Shown: positions 21,850-33,908, numbered from the whole stretch's first letter. The stretch: 60,967 bases of DNA, filler included, from Asterionella formosa (GCA_002256025.1; 14 parts of 14 records of this genome joined end to end with filler, not necessarily neighbours in it), one strand, 5' to 3'. The notes: generated by a model from the letters alone, not told the origin. Numbers and translations are program-made.

Positions 21850-24800
21850 CCAGCAATTTTGCCATTGTCAGGGTTGATAGCGGTGCCATGGAAACAAAAA
21901 TTAGTGGCCAGGGGAGTAGCACTGGTTTGAGGAGGGGCGGAGAGAGCACAGTTGGCAAGCAAAGATTGGGTGTGGGGACGGCTGGCATGTGGTGCATCAC
22001 GTGGTGTGTTTTTACAGCGATGACGGCTCTTGGGCACAGTGGTAGTGTCATAAGTGTCCGAAGGGGAAGGTGGTAGGGGACTGGGCAGCACAACAGCATC
22101 GCGATAAGTGTGAGGGGGTGCTGGAAGGATTGTGCTGCGACTGGCAGGAGGGCCCTAGGAGTAGGGTTAGGGGTAGGGTTAGGGTTACCGGCGAGGTGAG
22201 GGTTAGGGTTTGGGGTAGGGTTAATAACACTCGGGTCGGTAGGGTTAGGGTTAAGCACCCTCATTGGTTGGGCAGTGCCATCGAGGGCGGGAGAGACTGG
22301 GAAAGGTGTACAGGCATCAGGATCAGGGAGAAGGGGGATGGTAGATGCTGTGGTTGTACCGGGCACCCTCAGTGATGGAATGGGGTGATGCAGGAGGGGA
22401 GCAATGGGTAGTTGGGTGAGCTCAGGTGGTGCTGAGAGAATTTCAAGGAGCTGCTGGAGAGCAGCTTTGTGGGTTGCAGTGAGTGGTCCAACGGGAGACG
22501 GAATGGTGGGATGTAACAAGGCATAGGCAATGTCCTGCAAACTGGTTGTGATGAGGTCAGTGGATGAATTCCTGGGTAGGTGGACTTTGGTTGGAAACCA
22601 CGAGACTGTATCGCAGATTCTGATTGAACGTGTGTCCCACATCCAGATGCGGTAGCAGCGATAGGAATCCACAGCAGGGCCGACATACCAACCATCGAGA
22701 GCATGTGGAGCCCATGTTGTGCGGTGTTGGGGCTTGGCATGAACAAGGACCCAACAGCCAGGTGGAGCAAGGGGGACACGGTTGTAATCATATGTTCCAT
22801 TGACCTGTGCCCAAGCAGACAGTTTGGGGTTGATGCGTGAGCCATGGAGGAGGTTAAGAGTAAGCTCAGCTTGAACTAATAGTTGGTCCCACAAGTGGAG
22901 AGGAAAGTGTTTGTCAACACTGCATAGACCGGCAATGAAATGATTTTGAAAGATGCGAATTGCACGTTCAGCGGCATTGCAACGATAGACAGCTGGTGGG
23001 ACCAACTGAAAGTCAATAGCTTCTTCGTCGAAGAATTCTTTGAGGAGTGTAGAACACTCATTGTCAAGGCATTGAAGTTTGGGACGTAGGCCAGCTTTGC
23101 ACAAACGTTGATGTAATGCTTTATATGCTGCAAGGAGGCAGGAAGCGGTTCGGTTATGGAAGGGCTGAACGAAAATGTAGTTGCTGTCATAATCATATAA
23201 AATCATAATGTAGTTGTTTCCAGTGCTGGAGGGGAGTATGAATTTTCCGGTTTGATCAGTGTAAATTTGGCCTGTGGGTACAATAATGGACGCAAAACAC
23301 ATATGGGTAGGGGTTGCAAGACCCTCAGGGTGGAAATTAGCATCACCCAGCACATTGGTAGGAATGGCTGAAAATTCAGGCTCAATGATAGCTGGGGGCA
23401 CACGTGTGGATCGTATGTTTTGACGTGTTTGATCAAGCTGGCCTTTGATGGTTGCGATGGAATGAGGGGGATGTTTGCGTAGTGTAGCTAAGGTTAGACC
23501 TGGAAAATTGACAAGATAACCATGGAGTAATGCTCTTTCCAAAGTGGAGATAACAGGAGAAAAGAGGGCCGCATGGGCAAAGGCAACAAGGGCTGATGCA
23601 TTGGGACTGCCAATGGCGGTAGCAGCATAGCGGGTAGGGGTAGGCAATGGTGGATCAATAGTGGCGGTGGTGACATGCCATAATCGAGTGGTGGTGGAGC
23701 GATGGCCCTGAAGGATGCAATGACCATCGGATAAGACAGACATGTGTAGTTTGGTGAAGAGTACCTCATAGCCAGAATCACATAGTTGTCCAATGCTCAA
23801 TAAAGAGCAATTGTGTAGACCAGGGACAATGTGTACATGACGAGCAGCAGGTAATAGCATAGATAAAGATAATTCGGCCTCATGTGTAGATTTAACATGG
23901 TTGCCGTTAGGAAGTTGAATGGTGATAGTGTTGGTGGTAGGTCATTTGTTGATGATAGGTAAATCAACAGCGGTGTAATTGCCAGAACTACCAGAATCAG
24001 CAATGAGTGTGACGGGGGGACAAGTGATGGGAGATAAGTTTGTCTTAATAGTATTATCGACAGCAACTTGCTCCCCTCCACATCAAGCAAGTGGTGAAGG
24101 TGGCGGTGAAACACGGGGTGGCCGGGTAGGACGGGGACCATCACTGAAAAGACGGATGCTGCCACCCAGACGTTGATCAAAGGTGGCATTGAGTTGATGG
24201 CCAGAAGCTGGATGATTGCAAGTTGCACTGGTATGGTCAGGGTTTTTGGTAAGACCATGAGTCCAACAATAGCCTAATTGGACATTGTTGTAAGTGTATC
24301 CAGAAGGGACAGCACGAGCAGTGGCAGCAATAGCTGGCAATGGGGGAGGGCCACTGGTTTGAATGGCAGCATGGGCACCATGATAACCGGCAGTGGTGGC
24401 GGTGGCAAGGCGCAATCGTTCCTTATCAGCATGCATGAAATGCGGGCAAAAGTTAACCCATGTATGGTCCATCTCAGCACGATCACGCCAAGTTTGAATG
24501 CTATGAGAATATACACCAGCCTGTTCTAAAGCAGAAAGAGTCAATCGCATGACAGTACTGTCCGAGAAAGTTCCCCACCAGAATTGGCAATGGCACGAAG
24601 ATGTTTGATGCGGATCCATAAATGCTCAATAGGTTCCTCTGGTGTCCAAGCATCGGCCAACAAGCGCATGCGATTGAGTTCTAAATCATCCGCACTCAAT
24701 GTTGCATATGTAGATTCTAAGTGAGCAACCAAGGTCAGAACAGTGATGTCTGCATATCCAAATGTATAATCTTCCAGAACGTTGTAGTAAGTTGGGTCAA

Positions 24801-25240
24801 TGGCTGTTAGAATTTGTTGTCGGAGAATTTCACGGATTTGGGAGTAACGGCGGAATGTGTCAAGGGAGGTGTCAAAGAGACGGTTGGCAGCAGTGATTTG
24901 GGACTGTGTTGCAGTAGCACTGTGTGGCGGCTGGATGCCGGGATGTTCGGGCGGTACAAAGGGTTCACCGGCACGTAAAAGATAAGGAGCAGCAGCCATG
25001 ACAATACCAAGGAAACCATTGGCATCACCACCACTGGTACAGTGGACAGAGCAAGCGTTGGCAAAGAGTTCCTTGCGAAGGCGGGTTACAGTGAAGGCTG
25101 TAGGTTTGCCCTCGATCGGCGTCAAGAGCGGATGAGGGAATGGAAAACAGCGGAAACGATTGGAGTCGTCATGGTGGAAGAAGGCCTGAGAGACAGGGAC
25201 AGCAAACGGGCAAGCAGTGCTGGACGGTTGATTGTTGAGA
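21850..25240 (-). mobile_element. Diatom CoDi-type Ty1/Copia LTR retrotransposon (gag-protease-integrase), frameshifted; RT lies beyond the contig end
   Basis: gag LTPIEGKPT..LRKELFANA..SGGDANGFLG and YCWTHG..HTSATC; protease IADSGSSGNY; integrase YTDQTGKF, LDNECS, NAAERAIR, HALDGWYVGPA, AINPDNGK. Possible LTR end TCTCAACA at 25240-25233. Confidence 0.92.
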
Positions 25241-25277
25241 CCAGTTTTGTCGAGTTTTGGGACGACGATAGCTAAAC

Positions 25278-25483
25278 GTTGGCTGGGTCTGACGGCGATT
25301 TAGATACATAGGTAACTTTCAAATAGCATCAGTATATAACTTCTGGCGAGAAACTGCAGAAAGGAACTTCGGTTTTTATACTATGCCAAATAAACAGATT
25401 TTCCCCGAAATTTCGAGTCTTTTTAGCGTAGTTAAAAAACCGAAGTTCCTTTCTGCAGTTTCTGACCAGATCCTATATACTGA
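25278..25483. repeat. Dispersed hairpin element, arms 25329-25386 and 25426-25483; inverted copy at 29393-29609
   Basis: Perfect 29-bp inverted core agaaactgcagaaaggaacttcggttttt within ~58-bp arms. The flank ...cagacccagccaac is shared with the contig G copy. Confidence 0.88.
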
Positions 25484-25682
25484 CGATATATAGCGTGAAC
25501 CTACACCCCTACTTTGTCCGAAGACTGTATTTAAGCATATGGAAAGGGTGTGTATTGGTGAAAGCTCCGTTGAGCGTTATACATATTTAATTTGAATGTG
25601 AAAAGTATGTGTTTGATTAGTCTGACTGAATATTTTTTTTAAACCCTACCTCGAGCTAGGGGTTCAAATGCAGCAACCTTAA

Positions 25683-26113
25683 TGCCGTGTCTTTCAGTAA
25701 CCCAGCCTACGCGCCCAAATTGCTTGTATAACTTGTAGGGCCTTCTTGGATTCATTTCGCCATAGAACATGTCGTCGGGACTTCTTTTAGTTACTGAGTT
25801 AACTGTACTATTTGTTAAACATGTACCTGTATGTACCGCCTCTGCCCATAATAGCCCTTGGTACTCATCTGTTAGTTTTGCACTTAGCATCATTGATAGT
25901 GCCCTCTGTTGCACAATGACAAAACCGCGTTCCACTACACCATTGTGTTGTGGAGTGTGCGGGGCAGTAAATTCCATTTTTATACCGCGATTTTCACATA
26001 CCTTTCTCAATTGTTTAGTATTCTCGCCTGCGTCATCGCAACGGACATACTTTGTCTTGTGACCGGCTCTGGCTAAACTTAATAGTAAAGCTTCAATGAC
26101 TGTTCCGATATCG
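25683..26113 (-). mobile_element. Integrase fragment of a second Copia family, cut off at a TTAA
   Basis: YVRCDDAGEN, EFTAPHTPQHNGVVER, LWAEAV. Homology ends at TTAA 25679-25682. Confidence 0.88.
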
Positions 26114-26213
26114 NNNNNNNNNNNNNNNNNNNNNNNNNNNNNNNNNNNNNNNNNNNNTTAATTAATTAANNNNNNNNNNNNNNNNNNNNNNNNNNNNNNN
26201 NNNNNNNNNNNNN

Positions 26214-26705
26214 AATTGTTTTTTCATTTTCACCATTTCCCTTCCTGATAAGTGGTGGAGCCAACGGAACAAAGGGTTCGATATCTGAAAAGGGGTCATC
26301 ATCACCACACTCGCCCATGTCAATGCTCTTGTTAGTACCTGCACTTTGGCACACCAAATCCCTGCCAATGGCAGCAGTTAACTTGTTCCTTGCTGCTTCA
26401 CGATACGGCTCCATAGCAGGACGCAATCCATCAATAACTTGTGACCATTTATCCCAAATGGAGGAAGGCGATACTTGTGAATTGTCTTCGTGGTTACTAC
26501 TACTAGTTGTTGTGGTTATGTTTATGGTTGTTGTTGTGGGCAGCCGACAATCCTTCAGCAAGCTGCTGCTAAACGATGCCGAAAGCTCATTCAAGATTTC
26601 CGTGCTGCTGTAAAGTACTACTACAACTAGTAGTAACAGAGCGATAATAATGACATATACTGATGAGCCGATGTGGCGAGGGTGTTGTTTCTGATGGACG
26701 ATCAT
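26214..26705 (-). CDS. N-terminal part of a type II membrane protein, probably a Methyltransf_22/FkbM-like methyltransferase
   Basis: Signal anchor VYVIIIALLLLVVVVLY, then a Thr/Ser stalk, ending ..GNGENEKTI at the contig edge. Confidence 0.5.
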
Positions 26706-27103
26706 GGTTATGTTTTGAACATGAAATCAGATACCGGTACCGGTACCGGTACCGGCATTTAGATTTGTTAAGGTTGCGGCCCCGCAGTTTTTATCCAAAA
26801 ATATTTTAATGATTTACCTCAATCCACAAATTACCCACTTTGCATGCCGGTACCAGCAAGTTGCGGTAATTTTGCTTTTAGCGCTACGTACGTCGTCATC
26901 CCAGCAATATGGTGATTCCACTTGCAAGTTGATACATGTGTATCTCTTTGACAGCCATTTGATTCATCAACTGGCTGGCTTGTTGTTCCGAATTATATTT
27001 AGATTAATCTTATTTTAAGCCTACTGTACAATATTGAGACCAATCTGTTTTGCTTATTCTGCCATTTGCTTCCATTGATTTTGCTTAAAGTAGGTTTGCT
27101 TAA

Positions 27104-28218
27104 GGTTGCGGCCCTGCAGTTACTAATTGCGAGGTCCATTTTTTCCCAAAATATTTTTATGATGATGTGCCTCAATCCAGACATCACGTACATCTAAAAA
27201 TATAATAGTTAAAGGTAAAAAAGAGGCTTTCAAAATTACGACCACTTTGCATATGCTTAGATACTGTCATTGCTTGACTTAGGGGTATGATCTATATACA
27301 GATATGGTAAGGACCCCATTTCTGAAGAGAAGTTTGGCAGTTATGTATCATAGATTCGTAACTACCACAAAACTATTCAAAAAAGGGATAAGAAGCTTTT
27401 CAAAAAATCTACGATACATAACTGCCACTTCTCTCCAGAAGTTAACTTCTGATGTTATAGGGTACACGGCTATCTATTCTTATCGTCATGAAACCCTGTA
27501 GATGTAGAGCAATCCTCTTCCAAAAAGTAGACCTGATCGGCTTTTTCAACAGTCGACAAAATATTGGAATCGAAATTAGTACGTGCAAAAACGTTCTCGT
27601 AGATTTAGAGTCTTGCGTAGGTATGTTTTGCTGAATAATTCTCTGTCCAAAAAGACTCCAGGGTAAGTTCCCGCGTCACTACACATATTCTGATTGGTTG
27701 AATTAAATTTACTCACCTGCTCCAGATTGGCTGCAGTATCTCGGTCTTGTAAAATTACAATTACTCCAGCCATACTTGAACCACATGTATTAGATACTCT
27801 GTGTACCGGTAGCTAGTAGGTAAAATAAGTACTACCAGTAGTTTCATCATCCATCATCATTAACCAAGATTATGTACTACTGGTACCAGGTACCCTGGTA
27901 CACCGTTACTCCTGTATAAATGGATTAAAAATATCATGAGTATACATTTAGGAATACTCCTGATTTATATATGTGTTATTGCATGGAACAAAATTATGTC
28001 TACATCCAGCAACGTAGATATAGTATAAACATTTAAATATCATTTTTGTTTGTTTAAAATGGAACTCTGTCTATCTGGCATGGACTCCTATTTAATTCAA
28101 ATATTCAAATGGACACTCGAAAAATGGGAACTCATAGCAGCAAACTCCCTGTTCCATGCCGTTTTTACAACCCTAGCGAGGTTATCTCCAAACTAGGGTT
28201 AAGCCGAGGGCCGCAACC
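27104..28218. mobile_element. Non-autonomous TIR element, 1115 bp, Kolobok-like
   Basis: Perfect 12-bp TIR GGTTGCGGCCCT / AGGGCCGCAACC, flanked by TTAA on the left and TTGA on the right. An extra left end TTAA-GGTTGCGGCCC lies at 26768-26782. Confidence 0.65.
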
Positions 28219-28465
28219 TTGAAGTAGCAATTTTGCTTAATGTGTGATGTCACCATTTCAACCCTTCACTGCCATCACACCCACCTACTACCGGTACCTG
28301 TTGTAATATACCGGTAATCATATTATACCAGCAAACACAAGACAGGGGGTAACAGTGAAATGATAGTCAAACAAAATATATTTTCAAACAAACCCATAAT
28401 GCATCAGTGATTCCATGAACAATTTGAACAAAACAAAATCGCCTGTCCTTTCCTTCCAAAACACC

Positions 28466-28825
28466 ATGTTCCCTCTCTCTGCTTCCGATTTTCTTGATCT
28501 GGGCCTTCTTCATGCAGGATTTGATGAGAATAGGAATGAAAGAACTTGCGATGCAACGAAACTTCGACGATTTTGTTCATTCTTTGGTCTCAGTCCACAG
28601 AGTTGCATGAAGATATTTTCTGCATTGGAGTCAATGGATCATATTGGTGCAGATCAAGTTAACAAGCCCAACCCTCTTTTCTTCTTGATCACAATGGATT
28701 GGTTGAGTCCTTATAAGACTGAAGAGGAATTGGCTGGATCCTACAACATGGTGGAGAAGACCATACGTAAGCGTATTTGGGAGTATGCACTTGCACTAAA
28801 AGCGCTTAAGGCGGAAAAGGTGTCT
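28466..28825 (+). pseudogene. N-terminal HTH region of a PIF/Harbinger- or ISL2EU-like transposase, truncated
   Basis: RRFCSFFGLSPQSC...FFLITMDWLSPYKTEEELAG..EKTIRKRIWEY. No DDE domain follows. Confidence 0.65.
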
Positions 28826-29123
28826 CATAGTCAGATGCCTGCTTCGTCGATCCGAGGTAGTAGTTATAGTCATTAACTGACTTCTTGATGGTGTGAGAAG
28901 CATTATAGGTTCCTCCCTTGGCATGAAACTTGCCCTTGGCCTGAGCCTTCTTGGTAAACTTTTCTTTGCCATTCATTATGGGCCTTTCTTCTTCAGACTC
29001 TGGATGGTCTGGTACCCTCAAATCTTGTCTCTGGACTCTCCACGGTCCGCCAGTTGTCGATTGTAATATTATGGCGCTTCCTGGCCGGCTAATTCTATTA
29101 AAACTGTTGAAATTGCGGCCCAA
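28826..29123 (-). mobile_element. Copia gag N-terminal fragment
   Basis: KKSVNDYNYYLGSTKQASDYET resembles a diatom Copia gag motif. It abuts the truncated transposase. Confidence 0.6.
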
Positions 29124-29319
29124 AGTCCTCTATTGCTTTCTTGTATCCTGTAAGGACACATCAGGGACCAAATAGGCTGTAGATCTGAACAACAATGTTG
29201 CAGTAATCAATTGTAATCGTTCCTGAGAGTTTTAATAAAATTATGGCTTTTACTGGCGATGTCGATTGTTTTCGAATTCTGAGTTTTCTCTGGTACCATA
29301 TTCTTTTGATTCATTCGAT

Positions 29320-29382
29320 TCAATATGGAATCGAACCTGGCTGCCACCGCAGAGGGTGTGCTAACCACTAAGCCATTTCCCA
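29320..29382 (-). other. tRNA-like sequence (pseudogene or SINE head) with Pol III A and B boxes
   Basis: TGGCTTAGTGG (A box), a GCT/AGC D-stem and GGTTCGATTCC (B box). The acceptor and T stems do not pair and the anticodon arm is short. Confidence 0.5.
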
Positions 29383-29392
29383 AATAACCACC

Positions 29393-29609
29393 TCAGTATA
29401 TTAGGATCTGACGAGAAACTGCGGAAACAAACTCCTCCGTTTTTAAGCTATGCTATAAAGACTAGAAATTTTGGGAGAAATCACTTTATTTGGCAAACTT
29501 AAAAAAGTCCGAGGTTCCTTTCTGCATTTTCTCGCTAGAAGATCATATATACTGATGCTATTTGAAAATTTCCTTACTATGTTTCTAAATAGTGTTCAGA
29601 CCCAGCCAA
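29393..29609. repeat. Second, more diverged copy of the hairpin element at 25278-25483
   Basis: Reverse-complement alignment over ~210 bp. Confidence 0.85.
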
Positions 29610-29930
29610 CATAGCATGTGCAACACAGGCATTTTGTTCTGTTAAATTGTGTACTTGATGACAAGCCAATGATTTTCCCAGACATGTATACCATACACCT
29701 ATGTGATTGCAAATAAAATAAAATTAAAAATGCGGCAGAAATGCTCTTCAAATCTTCATGTTACCATCCATGATAGATAAATGTGAGGCAGTACTACCAC
29801 AAATTTCAGTTAAGCAAGGCATGATATGCATTGGATAGTCGAACAACAGTGGCTCAACCAATCCAAGTCATCCTTGTTAAGATGGAACACCTAAGATGGA
29901 CCACCAAGGCATCCGTTAGCCTTTTGCTTT

Positions 29931-30030
29931 TCAAAGTAGTAGATCATGTCTTGGATGGAAGTAATAATGGCTTATAATGCTCAAAGTAGTAGATCATGTC
30001 TTGGATAGAAGTAATAATGGCTTATAATGC
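29931..30030. repeat. 50-bp tandem duplication
   Basis: tcaaagtagtagatcatgtcttggat[g/a]gaagtaataatggcttataatgc x2. Confidence 0.92.
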
Positions 30031-30234
30031 TAATCTACATGTTTTAAACAAGTAGTTCCTGCAGTCACCCACCTTCCAAAGTGTCATTCATACGAGAAAT
30101 GGTAACTAAACAACCTGCCTTTTTCGACAATTTATATAATATATATATGCATAGACATAGGCATGTATTGGAGTAGTATTCAATGTTCATATTACGAGCA
30201 ACCATTGATGCAAACCAGCCATCAACCACAAACC

Positions 30235-30476
30235 CTACATTAGAAGGAGTGTGAACTCAGCACATTTGCCATCGTTTGGATTTCTTTCCATGTCCAAAAT
30301 ACAATAGCCAACATTCAGAAACCGCAAGATAACTTCATTGACAGCCTTTCTTCGTTTTCCTTCAACTAGCACAGGGGAGACAGCGCCCTCATTAGCACCC
30401 TCAGTATGCATTTCAAAGTTGATTTGGCGAGGAAGTAAATGGTGTGGAAGTTCCAGGATGCTCTCAAACATGGTCC
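30235..30476 (-). CDS. C-terminal part of a Methyltransf_22/FkbM-like methyltransferase
   Basis: LLPRQINFEMH...ERNPNDGKCAEFTLL resembles the Q-x-x-x-E-x-H and N..CAEFT endings of this family. Confidence 0.6.
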
Positions 30477-30576
30477 NNNNNNNNNNNNNNNNNNNNNNNN
30501 NNNNNNNNNNNNNNNNNNNNTTAATTAATTAANNNNNNNNNNNNNNNNNNNNNNNNNNNNNNNNNNNNNNNNNNNN

Positions 30577-30772
30577 TCTTTGGATGTTCTTCCATAGCAG
30601 ACAAAACTGTAGTGATACCTCCTTCTTTAACAATCATCAACTTATTATTGTCATTATTCACAACGAAGTTCTGAAGCTTCATGAGACCTTCTTCTTGCCC
30701 AGTAGCATTGACTAAAGAAATCATCATCATCATCATAGAAGGCATAATTGTTGTAATTTCTTCTATAGTCAA
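30577..30772 (-). pseudogene. Armadillo-repeat fragment
   Basis: LQNFVVNNDNNKLMIVKEGGITTVLSAMEEHP. Confidence 0.5.
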
Positions 30773-30864
30773 GTCAAGTCAGTATTGACCTTGTGGATAC
30801 ACTTCTTTTTTAGATTAACAAGTCCCTCAAATTTTGTTAATAAATTATCATCATGAATTGGATT

Positions 30865-31272
30865 TCACTTGGCAAAAAGTGAAATCCAGACTTTATGGTC
30901 CTTGAGTGCCTCAGCTATGATGGCCTTGGTACCCTCATTACCAATTGAATTACCATTGAGATATAGTGGTAGCATACTGAGATCAATTGCAGTCAAGAAG
31001 GTATAGACCGTGAGGAGGGCCTCTGCAATGGCCTTGGCATGATCAACAACAATAGATTTACCTCCAAGATAAAAAAGTGTGGTCAAGACAGCATTGACCA
31101 AGACGGCCAGCAATGCAATTTCCTTGGCGCCATCATCACCAATTGAATTATAACTGAGACTAAGAAGTTCAGTCAAACTTGGATCATTTTCTTTCAACCA
31201 TTTGACACATCTTTCCAATTCCTCTGTTACTGTTTTCCCTCCAGATGATAGTGAAACCATTGTCAATCTCAT
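30865..31272 (-). pseudogene. Degenerate RI-type LRR (NLRC3-like) gene fragment
   Basis: LKENDPSLTEL, LSYNSIGDDGAKEIA, LNGNSIGNEGTKAIIAEALK, with irregular repeat lengths. Confidence 0.7.
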
Positions 31273-31870
31273 CTTGAATGTAAATGAAGTTGTTTATAAT
31301 TTTTTTAGCAACTTGCTCCCCATCCCAGTATAAAAGTGTCCATTGTTTCTGACTTGGTATATAATAACCAGGTTATAAATACTGCCTCACTAAAATAATG
31401 CATAACTGTGGTTATTCGTCATCAAGTCTGACTTGGTGGCGTCAGACTTTGGACTCAAGTCCAGACTTGGAATGAATAACTAGAGGTTATTATTATATCC
31501 AAACGACGCGTCAGACTTCATTTTTTGTGGCAAGTCTGGACGTGTTAAAATAACCAACCCTCACCTCTCTTTTATATCATGTACAGTTATGACGCATAAT
31601 TATCGGTATGTTATGTACATATATGGAGTATATAGCAATAGGTACCCTGGTACCTGGTACCAGGTAGTACCAGTATTTTGTTGTTGGACAGAAAATTATA
31701 CCCGTAGTGACAGCTAGTGCACTAGCAATCAAGTAGCACCGTTTACACAGGCAGTGATCATGAATGTTTGTAATTTCGCTGTTATCATCATCTTGTTACA
31801 ACCAAAACCAAACTCTCGTTCTTCTTTGCCTGTCTCATCCCTTCTTTATTTGAATTGAATTCGTTACCAC

Positions 31871-33908
31871 ATGATCTATACAACCTCCTCTCAAATTACA
31901 AACATCATTTATTCCAATTTAAGCATGTCATACACAAGTGGAAAATTCGCAGCTCAAGCAAAACAGGTTGCAGCAGACGATAAGGCTGGTCATCCGGAAA
32001 ACAGCATTCTTGCCTATAGAAGAAAAATGGCAGAATTCCTTGATTTTTCTTGTTATGCCTTTCCGTCTAAGTTGGATGGCATCCCATCTACAACAGTGAC
32101 AGAAGAAAAGTTCTTTGGCTTTTTATGGTATCAATCAAGACGTCATCAGCGACCCAGAGGACGACCAGGTCAATGTAAACCTGTGGAAGAACAATTTTCA
32201 AAGGATGATTATGAATCTGTAATTTCCAACACTGATTGGATTTCAGACAAGCCAATTGGATATAGTGTACTCAATCAAGATCGATCAGCCATCCTAGATT
32301 TGCATGCACAACAACGGGATGGAGGATGCAACAACATACCCAAGGAAGTACTAATGTTGGGCCATGTCAAAAGATTGCTGAAGACAGTAAAAATGAGAAA
32401 TAAACAAACTGCGAAAAGCAGTTTTGATGAAAAATTGGCAAAAAAATTTGTTATCATCCTTTTATTCAGTGGCATCTTTATGTTATTGAAATTGTCTTTT
32501 GATGACAACAAATGGGATCTTAAGAGGCAAATCACTTTATAAGTGCGAACTTAGCGATCTTTGTTCCTTGTTACACAAGGATAAAAATAGTCTAGAGGAT
32601 ATTTTAATTCATGTGATGCGCATTGCTACTCGGAAAACAAATGGTTTAAAGACTCTTTATGGACGTTGTATTCGACATCATAATGTCAATGTGTGTGCTA
32701 TTGGCGCTCTTGGATTTTATTTAATGGCAAGATTTATGCAGAGTGGAGAAACAGAATCATTTGATTTTACTTCAAAGAAAGCCTGGTTCAAAATTAAGCT
32801 GTAGACAGATTCTCGGGGTTTCAACAAGACTATTTCAGTAACTGATCAGGCATATGCGAGTAACAAGAAGAATGCTTGCAGACACCTTGGCATTATTTCA
32901 AAACATTTCGTGCATTTTGGTCGATCGGCTGGTTCAGTCAAAGCAGAATTAGATGAACTTGATGGCTTTAACATCAATGACCTTGGAAATTGGAATGTGG
33001 ATACTCGACGTGATGTTAATTCAGCTAAACTGCCAATGAAAGCCATGCGTGTTATGGCTGGCCATCCAGATGAAAAAGGAAGTGTTTTTTTGCCACGAGA
33101 TCATATAAAACCTTCAATAACCTTGCAACAAACAATCTTTCCATTTATTGAAAAAGAAATTGAATCTATTGATGCAACTATCAATTCTACCGCCTATGCT
33201 TTTCTTCATTTTGCTCTCTTGCCACCGTGTCGTCATTCTGCAAGATGCATATTGAATGGTCGGGGTCATTTTTTGTCCACATTGGATGTGTTTAACTGTG
33301 AAGAGTTCAAAGAATTTTTAAAGAATATGAGTCATCATCTGAATTTGGTTCAGGATCCAGTGGATCTTATAATTGACTCTATTTTACCTGGTGTCAGAGA
33401 TCGATTTACAAATTTGCATTCTGAAATGAGAGCAAACTTTTCACAGTTGAACGACAGAGTTGATGGCTTAGTTCGACCACAACATTTACAGTCTCTTTTG
33501 AATCGTTTGTCATCCTTCGATTTTTCATCCTCTGCACAGTCCTCATCATCAATGCAAAGTAATCGATCTTTGAATGATCAAAGTGTTTCAACATCTGTTA
33601 GTGCCATTCACATGAAGAAAAATGAAAATGGATGTTTAAGGTATGAACTCTATAAGAATCATTTGAGCTGCCTGTCGATTTGGCATGAATGGTTTAGTAC
33701 ACACTTCTTTGATCACAATAATAATCTAGGGTGTTTCCAGGGCGGCATTTTTCAGCTAGAAGCGAAATTCAAAAACCAATGGCGTTTCAATTTCACTCAA
33801 GCAGAAAGCAAAAGGTTTTCAAGAATCAAGCTAGTTGTTAAGCGCATTGCAGCCCTCATTTTGAAGACAAACAAAACAATCAACAATTATTCTGCAAGTT
33901 GTAGATGA
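31871..33908 (+). mobile_element. Crypton-type (CryptonF/Ndc10-like) tyrosine recombinase with a C-terminal GCR1_C-like domain, pseudogenised
   Basis: GILRGKSL (R), RKTNG (K), HFGR (HxxR), LGNW, and DVNSAKLP where the catalytic Tyr is expected. Also AMRVMAGH and IFPF. C-terminal WHEW..GGIFQLEAKFKNQWR..KRFSR. Frameshift near 32450-32500 and in-frame TAG at 32802. Confidence 0.82.

Noticed and set aside
29320..29382. Functional tRNA gene
   Set aside because: The acceptor and T stems do not pair, and the anticodon loop is not 7 nt.
12292..32804. TAG reassignment (alternative genetic code), suggested by in-frame TAGs at 12292 and 32802 and TAA stops on most genes
   Set aside because: The long ZW10 and PPR frames contain no in-frame TAG, and the Crypton ORF has other disabling lesions.
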